Shown here piece by piece: positions 14,668 to 24,805 of a stretch of 64,000 nt of DNA. The number at the start of each line of letters is the position of its first letter. Position 1 is the first letter of the stretch. The position numbers were made by a program, and so were the translations under genes. The notes beneath the pieces are model-generated. The model saw nothing but the letters and a program-made list of their open reading frames with translations. It was not told where the DNA came from and searched no databases. The DNA lies in the NCBI RefSeq assembly GCF_003918875.1, contig NW_025766975.1, positions 930,684-994,683 on the forward strand, written 5' to 3'. This DNA comes from Haliotis rubra (Eukaryota).

Positions 14668-14774
14668 GAATGAGCAGCATAGTAGCGTCGCCGTTTACGA
14701 GCGTCAACCCATTCGCTCTGCCCACGTGCAACTCACAATCATACAGCAGCTCCATCGTGTCTCCTGCAAAATGA
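14668..14774 (+). CDS. coe: Candidate terminal COE exon: (G)MSSIVASPFTSVNPFALPTCNSQSYSSSIVSPAK then stop TGA at 14772-14774, read in phase 1
   Basis: Acceptor tttcattacag|GA (AG 14666-14667). In phase 1 it gives an open Ser/Pro-rich tail resembling the recalled EBF C-terminus (..LQAISGMIVPPM). Joinable in frame from the exons ending at 12175 or 13897, but not from 14355 with the donors visible. Confidence 0.5.
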
Positions 14775-14981
14775 TTGGTTGGAATTCACAGTGTAGGTCC
14801 GGACTGAATACCTCAACATTACATGATTGGACGGAGTGTTAAACCGGAAGCGCAGTGTGCGTTGATTGAATTGGATGGTTTATGCACATTGTGGGCAAAG
14901 ACGATATCAGTGCTAACATAACACGAACAATTCGAGGAAAAATGACCATACGAAACAAGACACAGCGCTTCCTGCCCGGAG

Positions 14982-14987
14982 AATAAA
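14982..14987 (+). promoter_or_regulatory. Possible polyadenylation signal AATAAA ~210 nt downstream of the 14774 stop
   Basis: Canonical hexamer in the right position relative to the candidate terminal exon. Such hexamers are frequent in AT-rich DNA. Confidence 0.2.
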
Positions 14988-15212
14988 TTCTACTACACTC
15001 TAGGAAGTACGATACGTCGGGAACGATATCGGCTTCCATTCCTCCTCACAAACATGCCCATTAGGAAGGTGTCTGGGACGGGACATGAAAACTGCGCACG
15101 TGATCATAGAAGTGATCCTTGTTTAGTCTGAACGTGATCGTTCAGGATGTTTGCTCTAGCCTGAGTGTGTTTCTCTGTTTCACAGACTTCTTGTTTACTC
15201 GTGTCTTGCCAA

Positions 15213-15298
15213 GGGAGATAACTTGTCTCATGGGAGATAACTTTGTCTCAAGGGAGATAACTTTGTCTCATGGGAGATAACCCTGCCTCGTGGGAAAT
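15213..15298. repeat. Minisatellite, ~19-20 bp unit gggagataacttgtctca(t/a) x ~4.5
   Basis: Direct reading of the tandem copies. Confidence 0.8.
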
Positions 15299-16728
15299 AT
15301 ACCTGAGGGTAACCCTTTCTCATTGTAAATACTCATTTCCTAGTCCCAAAGCTCAGTGGACATTTTGCTCACCAAATGACATAAAACCCAAGAGATTATT
15401 TTTGTTGGTCTTTACGTTACCCTTCAGTCACGTGTCTTTGTTTCTGATTGTAATTGTTTTGCGACGTGTTCTGGCGTGATGTAGATTTATTTATTCGTAG
15501 CGAGTAAAACAAAACGGGACATTTGAGCACATATATATAATTGTACATATTACGATAAGTTCAGTATTCGAAAACAGTAATTTCACAAAATAGATTTGAC
15601 GCTACGAAACCCCCGAATAATTTATGGACAAAAATATGCATAATAAGGCAGCATTAATGCTCTCAAAGAGAGATCCACCAACGCTTACCCTACTCTCACG
15701 TTTCATATTGTTAACATAATACTTTATATATAATTCTTGCAAAAATAAATACTAACGAATAATTTATGGGTATCAATGTACCCTGCCCCGAAGTCCCATC
15801 TCAGGTGAAACCGAAGTGCTGGAGGCATGGATTCTGTATATTGAGTGTCAAGTCTTACGTGGTTATGTTACATCGTATCTTATTGCATTTTGATCTCATA
15901 ATAGAGTATCGCCTGTTCTTATGTACTTAATTGCATACTGTATACAATACTCAAAAAGTATTACAAGGGCTGTGGAAAGACACCTTATCGACGTAGGTTT
16001 TATTTTTGTACATTTTTAAAACATACCTCCTCACTTTAAGTTTATTCTCTGCGAATGAATTTCTCCTTTTCTCGGAATATCCACCGATATCTAGTCATTT
16101 TCTAGTCAATCTAGTTGATTTTGCCGGCAATATTTCTTTGACATTGGCGTCTGATTCGCCCGATAGTTTCGCATGGTTCTAGTCGCGACATGTCTGATCT
16201 AGTCCCGCCATGTCTATTCTAGTCCCGCCGTGTCTATTCTAGTCATTGCTGTTCAAATGATCTCTGCAACATCACAGTTTGACCATAGTATGGGTTCCGA
16301 TCTTTCCTTGCACAACGCACGTGGGATACTGTACTTATGTATTACAAAGCATACTCTATAATCTCGCGTGCGTTCTTTCATTTAACCAAATCATTCTGTC
16401 AAAGTACTATTTATTACTGAAAATATTGTTTTTATATTGAAAGTTTGATTATGATTAAAATGTTTTTCTTCCATATCTGTTTGATGTTATTCCTGGTGTT
16501 CTAGAAGTCTGCTTTACAAGTAAAGGTCACCTCCGTTGTTATATCATTTTACGTTTTATGTCAATTTGGCCAGATGTAGAAGCAAAATAGGTGCTTTAAA
16601 AATACAGAAGAAAGCACTTGAAAGTTGGATGAATAAATAAAAGAGATTTGAAATATACATAGTGTCAATCGAAAACTAAAGTATCCTTATTTTAGATTTG
16701 TACGACCTGAAAGACAGCCTCCTTCGTA

Positions 16729-16846
16729 CAATGGGGTAGTCTGTTTGCTTCGTGGTTAAAGTGTTTGCTCGATTCTTCACTGCCTTTATATTCCTGGAAT
16801 ATAGCTAAAAGCGGCATAAAAGTACACTCACTCACTTTGTAGAAAA
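16729..16846 (+). mobile_element. Degenerate SINE family A copy
   Basis: ggggtagtctgtttgcttcgtggttaaagtgtttgctcg...gctaaaagcggcataaaagtacactcactcac. Confidence 0.35.
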
Positions 16847-17106
16847 TTAAACACATAATCGAGCCTAAGAAGAATGTTTTGCAGTAGTTACTGCACAAGG
16901 TTTCTATCTTGCACACAGAAAACATTACTTGGTGAACTTCAAACACACTGACAAGATATCAAACCACAGTTATAATAAATACTGTACAAAACAATTAGGG
17001 ACAATGAATATTTTGGAATATTTTTGTTGTGAAGACATCATTTCATATCTATATCTCAACAAATGTTTATAATCCCTAACTGTATTCAACGTATGTCTGT
17101 TTAGAT

Positions 17107-18660
17107 ATGCATACAACAGTAAAGTAGCATACAATTACATACAGTTATACTAATGGCCATCGGTTGTCTACAGCGTTCACCATGTAACTGCTCGAGTCTA
17201 TACTACACACGTAGCGTGAATACAACAACCAGTAGAACTGCAATGATTGCCTGTATACAATGATACCACCACCGGTTGTACACCATATGAGAATTCTGGC
17301 TAATCCTTTAACGGCTTGTACGAACACAACCCACTGGACAGTACAACACCAAACATGACCCGCGTTTACAATGGTCAGGGGTTTACAATGATACCACCAC
17401 CGGTTGTACAGTATATGAGAATTCTGGCTGATCCTTTAACGGCTTGAACGAACACAACCCACTGGGCAGTACAACGCCAAAAATAACCCGCGTTTACAAT
17501 GGTCAGGGGTATACAATAATATCATCACTGGTTGTACAGTATAAAGAAATTCTGCCTATTCCTATAACGGCTGGTGCATATACAACCCACTGGACAGTAC
17601 AACGTGAAACATGACCCGCGTTTACTATGGCCAGGGGTATACAATAATACCACCAATGGTTGTACAGTATATGGGAATTCTGCCTACTCTTATAACGGCT
17701 TGTACGAACACAACCCACTGGACAGTACAACGTGAAACATGACCCGCGTTTACAATGGCCAGGGGTATACAATAATATCACTTCTGGTTGTACAGTATAA
17801 AGAAATTCTGCCTACTCCTATAACGGCTTGTGCATATACAACCTACTGGACAGTACAACGTGAAACATGACCCGCGTTTACAATGGCCAGGGGTATACAA
17901 TAATATCACTTCTGGTTGTACAGTATAAAGAAATTCTGCCTACTCCTATAACGGCTTGTGCATATACAACCTACTGGACAGTACAACGTGAAACATGACC
18001 CGCGTTTACAATGGCCAGGGGTATACAATAATATCACCACTGGTTGTACAGTATAAAGAAATTCTGCCTACTCCTATAACGGCTTGTGCATATACAACCC
18101 ACTGGACAGTACAACGTGAAACATGACCCGCGTTTACAATGGTCATTTGTATACAATAATATCACCACTGGGTGTACAGTATAAAGGAATTCTGCCTACT
18201 CCTATAACGGCTTGCACGAACACAACCCACTCGACAGTATAACGTCTAACATGACCCGCGTTTACAATGCTCAGGTGTATACAATAATACCACAACAGGT
18301 TGTTCAGTATATGGGAATTCTGCCTACTCCTATAAAGGCTCGTGCATATACAACCCACTCGACAGTACAACGTCTAAAATGACCTGCGTTTACAATGATC
18401 TGGTGTATATAATGCATACAATAGTAAAGTAGCATACAATTACATACAGTAATGCTAATCGCCATCGGTTGTCTACAGCGTTCCATGTAACTTCTCGAGT
18501 CTATACTACACACGTGGTGTGAATACAACAACCAGTAGAACTGCAATGATTGCCTGTATACAATAATACTACCTCCGGTTGTACAGTATATGAGACTTCT
18601 GGCAGATCCTTTAACGGCTTGTACGAACACAATGGTCAGGTGTATATAATAAAACTACCA
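17107..18660. repeat. Satellite with ~126-bp monomer (~9-10 copies, 17230-18400) embedded in a ~1.3-kb higher-order duplication (17107-17340 repeated at 18411-18640)
   Basis: Monomer gtatacaataataccaccactggttgtacagtataaagaaattctgcctactcctataacggcttgtgcatatacaacccactggacagtacaacgtgaaacatgacccgcgtttacaatggccagggg recurs with 85-100% identity. The flank atgcatacaacagtaaagtagcatacaattacatacag is present at both ends. Confidence 0.85.
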
Positions 18661-19066
18661 CCGGTTGTTTTTGGGATTCTGACAACTCGTGACAGGTGAA
18701 TACGCCACAGAATGTTTTTGTTTCAACACGTAATGATGTCTGCAAATGCGTTGTATTGGCGCATAAAATATGTAGCCATGGCAGACAGATTTACAGCAGT
18801 GACATGTATTCACAAAAATAATTGAAACTGCTGTTGCGATTAATTCGCTAAGACAAGCAATAAAGACCCCAACCCCTTTCCACATTCACAAGAAATCACA
18901 CGCGAGTCGATTTACGGTTCCGCTTATACCATGCACGTGTTGATGAATCACTATCAAATAGGGATCTTACAGTAAGTCGCGAAAAGGTAAGCGCATCCTG
19001 ACCCACTAATAAACACATAAACACATGCAAAGGCTAGACAATTTTAAAGTTCCATGTATCCTACAG

Positions 19067-19235
19067 GGGCGGTGGGGTAGCCTTGTGGTTAAAGCGTTCG
19101 CTCGTCACGCCGAAGACCCGGGTTCGATTCCCCACATGGGTACAATGTGTGAAGCCCATTTCCGGTGTCCCCCGCCGTAATATTGTTGGAATATTGCTAA
19201 AAGCGGCGTAAAACCATACTCAACCAGTCAGCCAC
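19067..19235 (+). mobile_element. SINE family A, full length, flanked by a perfect 16-bp TSD tccatgtatcctacag (19051-19066 and 19236-19251)
   Basis: Head ggggtagccttgtggttaaagcgttcgctcgtcacgccgaagacccgggttcgattcccc (tRNA-like D-arm and T-arm motifs). Tail ...gctaaaagcggcgtaaaaccatactca. Identical flanking direct repeats. Confidence 0.85.
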
Positions 19236-19437
19236 TCCATGTATCCTACAGTGAGGTGATTCTTTTACCTTATAAATCTGTGGTCACACTATACCCAGTC
19301 ATTTGATTACATTCGAATAACCCAACCAGAAGACGAATAAAGGCACGATAGTCTCAGTATAATGAAGGATAGAATCAATATTTCAAAATTTATTACAACC
19401 GAGTTTATCTTTGTGTTATTTGTGGCAATGATAGATC

Positions 19438-19592
19438 TTCATCACACACTGACACATAGCTCAAATATCAGCCTTCATCACACTGAAAAATCTAAAACCC
19501 ACCTTCATCACACACTGACACATAGCTCACATATCAGCCTTCATCACACTGAAAAATCTAAAACCCACCTTCATCACGCCTTGAGCCACATT
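19438..19592. repeat. Tandem repeat, ~57-bp unit x ~2.7 (catcacacactgacacatagctca...cttcatcacactgaaaaatctaaaacccacctt)
   Basis: Direct reading. Confidence 0.75.
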
Positions 19593-19984
19593 TGAAATAC
19601 GTGATTCAATGAAATATAATATTTATAATACACGCATACTCACCTTCGTCAGACACTGAAGTACTTATCAATTACCCGTCTAAGTTAACTAATTTGTCTT
19701 CATACTGTCTTCTAACAAGGTACTGAATACCCGCCTTAATTAAACCAGAACATGCAAATATTCGTCTCCATGACACACTGAACAGAATAAATATCACATT
19801 GAAACAATGCCATGATCAAACAGCCTGTAATTAGACTGAAATATTAATTAGATCCACCATATCTCAATATATATCAAATACTCGATCTGTGCATACGCCA
19901 TGAACACTGACATGAATACAACATGCTGACATGGTAATAAGTAAAATTAAAGGGCACAAGACGAATGAAGTCAAGACTGTTGTA

Positions 19985-20712
19985 ACTGCAGGGACATCCC
20001 TATATTACATCATTCAAACTGTTGTAACTGCAGGGACATGCCTATATTACATCATTCAAACTGTTGTAACTGCAGGGACATGCCTATATTACATCATTCA
20101 AACTGTTGTAACTGCAGGGACATGCCATCATTCAAACTGTTTAACATGCCTATGTAACTGCAGGGACATGCCTATATTACATCATTCAAACTGTTGTAAC
20201 TGCAGGGACATGCCTATATTACATCATTCAAACTGTTGTAACTGCAGGGACATGCCTATATTACATCATTCAAACTGTTGTAACTGCAGGGACATGCCTA
20301 TATTATATTACATTCATTCAAACTACAAACTGTTGTAACTGCAGGGACATGCCTATATTACATCATTCAAACTGTTGTAACTGCAGGGACATGCCTATAT
20401 TACATCATTCAAACTGTTGTAACTGCAGGGGCCTATATTACATCATTCAAACTGTTGTAACTGCAGGGACATGCCTATATTACATCATTCAAACTGTTGT
20501 AACTGCTGGGACATGCCTATATTACATCATTCAAACTGTTGTAACTGCAGGGACATGCCTATATTACATCATTCAAACTGTTGTAACTGCAGGGACATGC
20601 CTATATTACATCATTCAAACTGTTGTAACTGCAGGGACATGCCTATATTACATCATTCAAACTGTTGTAACTGCAGGGACATGCCTATATTACATCATTC
20701 AAACTGTTGTCT
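19985..20712. repeat. Minisatellite, 42-bp unit actgttgtaactgcagggacatgcctatattacatcattcaa x ~17 (contains a PstI site per unit)
   Basis: Near-perfect tandem copies. The unit length is divisible by 3, which explains the repetitive ORFs 19931-20768. Confidence 0.9.
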
Positions 20713-20774
20713 GCGATGAAAACTATGACAACCAAGACACTTTAGTTTGTGGTGCATGCACAACTTAAGGGGTT

Positions 20775-20925
20775 ATGGGCAGCCTAGTACTTAAAGCGTT
20801 CGCTCGTCACGCCGAAGACCCGGGTTTGACTCCCCACACAGGTACAATGTGTGAAGATCATTTCTGGTTTCCCCCGTCGTGATATTGCTGGAATATTGCT
20901 AAAATTAACCTCACTCACTAACTCA
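20775..20925 (+). mobile_element. SINE family A copy
   Basis: gcagcctagtacttaaagcgttcgctcgtcacgccgaagacccgggtttgactcc...ctcactcactaactcac. Confidence 0.75.
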
Positions 20926-21202
20926 CTGTACAGCTTAATATATACTGCTGTATGGATGGTGAAGCAAACATGTTATCATGATGGATGATGATAAACAACG
21001 GCAGAAATGGCGCCATCTTACATCACTGTGAAGCGCAAAGACAGGCATTTGGCCTACACTGAAACGAATAAGTCTCTCTGATAAAGGCGTTCGTGTTTTT
21101 GTGATGGTACCACACTGAAGCGAATACGTATGTCTGATGAAGGCAATCGTCTTGTTGTCTTCTTGCCAAGAAACAGTTCCCTTTGGGATTAAACGCAAAA
21201 TG

Positions 21203-21352
21203 GACTAATGGTTAAAGGGCTCGTCACGCTGAAGACCTGGGTTCGATTCCCCACATGGGCACAATGTGTGAAGCCCATTTCTGGTGTCCCCCGCCGTGAT
21301 GTTGCTGGATTATTGCTAAAAGCGGCGTAAAACCATATTCACTCATTCACTC
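21203..21352 (+). mobile_element. SINE family A copy (5' truncated)
   Basis: ggttaaagggctcgtcacgctgaagacctgggttcgattccccacatggg...aaagcggcgtaaaaccatattcactcattcac. Confidence 0.7.
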
Positions 21353-22288
21353 CAAGAAAAGGTGAGCGTATATAAAGGTTAGAGGTGTAGAATGCGTAAC
21401 ATAAGATGTTACAATGATAAAACGTTACATTATTGTGTATGCATTAAGAACTAAATTTAACATCTTGCTGTGCCGATGTTTGAAAATTGGTTCAGCATTT
21501 ACTTCATATGTCGTATCAGGTTCCAAATGATTTTTAAACTGATGAGCTAACAAATGGTCACTATACACCGAAAATATATCCTTATTTGAGGCAACAAAGT
21601 ACATTCGAGAATACCAGGGTGATTATATTCACGCCCTAAGAGTTACAAAACACCAAGGCCTTAAAAGATTCCTACTCTTATCATTATTTCAGCCTACGAA
21701 GAAACAACATTTCTGTGCAGCTTGAATATGTATCATGCCAGATATATCTATGTTTTATTAGCTGCTGATGCCAGTAAAAACCTTGTCGAGAAAAAGTATC
21801 AATACTGTTATATAACTGAAGTGTTTGCTGTATGAAGGACTGGGAAACAGTACGGACAGAACACAGAGAAAGTCGGTTTAGGAACAACATGGCTATCTTA
21901 CGATCTGTGATGTTTTATCGTCTTACGGGTTTTCCATCCTTCCTAAATGGATGAGTAGGATCACGTGACTCAAGTAGCACATTAATGTGAGCTGTTGTAA
22001 GGATATCAGTATATCTGATCTAGATGATAAATGAAGGTTGAATTACGGGCAGAATAACAGATGACGTCCGTTAAAGGCTTCCGTCGTATCAGCAACAGTA
22101 CATAAGTGTAGCAAGTTTAACTCAAGTCGTTAAATGTAACATACGTTGTCCTTTTGGATTACACTTTCTTATTAAAGTACAGGTTCTAGTAATTTGTGGG
22201 GTTGATGAACATTTAGGATTCGAATCGATACTCTCAGAGTGGGGGGACCTAATCGCCAGCACACAACACAAAATAACATGTTTATAGC

Positions 22289-22440
22289 GGGTGGGGGCGG
22301 TGGGGTGGGGTAGCCTAGTGGTTAAAGTTCGCTCGTCACGCCGAAGACCCGGGTTCGATTCCCCACATGGGTACAAGGTGTGAAGCCCATTTCTGGTGTC
22401 CCCCGCTGCGATTTTGCTGGAATATTGTTAAAAGCGGCGC
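22289..22440 (+). mobile_element. SINE family A copy forming the left half of an A+B composite
   Basis: ggtggggtggggtagcctagtggttaaagttcgctcgtcacgccgaagacccgggttcgattcccc...gctggaatattgttaaaagcggcg, joined directly to family B sequence at ~22441. Confidence 0.7.
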
Positions 22441-22625
22441 ACTCAGCTATATGGCGGCGGTCTGTAAATAATCGAGTCTGGACCAGACAATCCAGTGGTC
22501 AACAGCATGAGCATCGATCTACGCAACTGGGATACGATGACATGTAACAACCAAGTCAGCGAGCCTGACCACCCGATCCCGTTAGTCGCCTCATACGACA
22601 ACTCACTGTCTATCTTCACGGGTAC
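22441..22625 (-). mobile_element. SINE family B body (element sense = minus), right half of the A+B composite
   Basis: cactcagctatatggcggcggtctgtaaataatcgagtctggaccagacaatccagtggtcaacagcatgagcatcgatctacgcaactgggatacgatgacatg...cccgttagtcgcctcatacgacaac. Confidence 0.7.
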
Positions 22626-23311
22626 ATGTTTATAGACGTACATACATCTCCGAATGCACCACATACAACATACCTTTAAATGGTAATGTTGCATACAATA
22701 AACTGTAACTGCTATAGAATAGCATCATGGAAATATACACCAGGAACATACCTATTTATACTTACAAAAACGCAATCACTTCCGTGAGGATTCCGTATAA
22801 GAACATGCCCCAGTATTTGCTGATCAAACGAGGCGGGTCAGCTGGTCACATTCGATGACTTGGTTGATACCGTATCAACGCACCCCGATGGTGTTGATTG
22901 TTGCTCTTAATATCGATCACTGGATTGTCTGCTCCAGACTCGATTATTTACTTCTAGGATAATGTTGACTAAAATTAACTAAAAGCGACAAACCCCTTTC
23001 CACATCCATAAGAAATCTCTGCTAAAAGCAGAATCGATTGTACAATTGTGACTATATCATGTTTCTATTGAGTATGTATTTGTTTCAGCAGTATTACAGC
23101 TGTACGATGTTGTTTGTAATTATTTCGAGTCTGGACCGGACAATCCAGTGATTGTCACTGCGATACGATGACAGAGAATGTTATTACAGAATACCAGGTG
23201 TTCGCGAAAAGGTGGGCATATCCTGCCACATCGGTGGCACTTGTCATAAACATATGCAAAGTCTATTCAAATATTCACCCAAACTTCTTGAAAGCTTAAC
23301 TAAGTATGAAA

Positions 23312-23377
23312 CAACCAACCAACCAACCAACCAACAACAAACAAACAAACAAACAAACAAACAAACAAACAAACAAA
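23312..23377. repeat. Compound microsatellite (AACC)5(AAAC)11
   Basis: caaccaaccaaccaaccaacaacaaacaaacaaacaaac... Confidence 0.9.
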
Positions 23378-24029
23378 TCAAAATATATATACATGTACTT
23401 TACCACTTTTCACCGACATTTGAAACAATCAGTCACAGGGCGGTTTACGGCGACAACAGCACTGAACCAGTTATATAAATGCGTCTTCGTTCTTGCTCGT
23501 TATAAAAATCTCATCTGTTATGAGGTGTTAAACCATTTACAGTTCCAGATTCTGTCAGGTTATAAATCTTACATGCATAACATGCATTGATACACCCATC
23601 TAAATCACAATAACGAAATATTATGAAAACTATAAATTAAATAACGTGGCGTAAAAACGTGTTAGGGCAAATACCGAGGTGATGCGAAAAGAGTAGAATT
23701 CTAAACCATAGACTCCGAGTACTGATCTTGGAAGTGAATTCTGACAGACGGGGTACAGGTTTGGAACAACTATTTTGGATAAGGTTTAGTGATACGTGTG
23801 TGAACATAAGAATCTTATCTTCATTCAGATAGTTAATGGTGGAACCCATACCCATGCAACACAGCTAAAAGCATTAGGAAGAATATAGTTGATGCATTTA
23901 CCTGCTCACTGTTCTCATCAAAATAGAATATGTACAGATAAAATCTTTCACAAAATCCTCTTCTTGCATTTTTTAAATGTAATTTGATTTGCTGTGAGAA
24001 TCGTCTTTCCTCGGAAAGGATGCCCAACG

Positions 24030-24805
24030 TTTCAGTAGCGATAGAAACTTTGTCAATGTGAAAGTAATTTCAGTAGCGATAGAAACTTTGTTAGTGTGAA
24101 AGTGATTTTAGTGGCGATAGAAACTTTGTCAATATGAAAATTTCAGTAGCGATTAGAAAGTGTGAAAGCGATAGAAACTTTGTCAATATGAAAGTGATTT
24201 TAGTGGCGATAGAAACTGAAAGTAATTTCAGTGGCGATGGTCAATGTGAAAGTGATTTTAGTGGCGATAGAAACTGTGGCAATGTGTAAGTGATTGATTT
24301 TAGTGGCGATAGAAACTAGCGATAGAAACAATGTCAATATGAAAGTAATTTCAGTAGCGATAGAAACTTTGTCAATGTGAAAGTGATTTAGTGGCGATAG
24401 ATTAGTGGCGATAGAAACTTTGTCAATGTGAAAGTGAGTTTAGTGGCGATAGAAACTTTGTCAATGAAAGTGATTTTCATGATAAGTGATTTTAGTGGCG
24501 ATAGAAACTTTGTCAATATGAAAGTGATTTTAGTGGCGATAGAAACTGTGGCAAGATTTTATGGCGATAGAAAAAGTAAGTGGCGATAGAAACTTTTAGT
24601 GGCGATAGAAACTTTGTCAATGTGAAAGTAATTTTAGTGGCGACAAAATCTGTGGCAATGCGAAAGTAATTGTAGTGGCGATAGAAACTTTGTCAATGTG
24701 AAAGTAATTTTAATGAAGATGGAAACTTTGTCAATGTGAAAGTGATTTTCGTGGCGATAGAAACTGTGGCAATGCGAAAGTAATTTTAGTGGCGATAGTG
24801 AATGA
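24030..24805. repeat. Minisatellite, ~38-bp unit tagtggcgatagaaactttgtcaatgtgaaagtgattt x ~20 with indel variants
   Basis: Direct reading. Confidence 0.9.

Noticed and set aside
14471-14842. 123-aa + strand ORF overlapping the candidate terminal COE exon
   Set aside because: It is the wrong frame relative to the splice phase. The phase-1 frame (GMSSIVASPF...) fits COE, and the long ORF is incidental.
17145-18885. Series of minus-strand 60-110 aa ORFs
   Set aside because: They fall within the 126-bp satellite array and recur with the satellite period.
19067-19140. tRNA-like sequence (ggggtagccttgtggttaaagcg...gacccgggttcgattcccc) as a possible tRNA gene
   Set aside because: The acceptor stem does not pair (5' ggggtag vs 3' catgggtac). 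It recurs about 12 times as the head of a SINE with a common non-tRNA tail. It is a tRNA-derived SINE head, not a functional tRNA.
19931-20768. ORFs with repeating TVVTAGTCLYYIIQ / MPILHHSNCCNCRD motifs
   Set aside because: Translation of the 42-bp (14-codon) minisatellite in two frames.
22122-22376. Minus-strand ORF containing ESNPGL / ggattcgaatcga, reminiscent of a tRNA T-arm
   Set aside because: Only a weak T-loop-like motif and no cloverleaf. It overlaps the start of the A+B composite. Not supportable as a tRNA or a gene.
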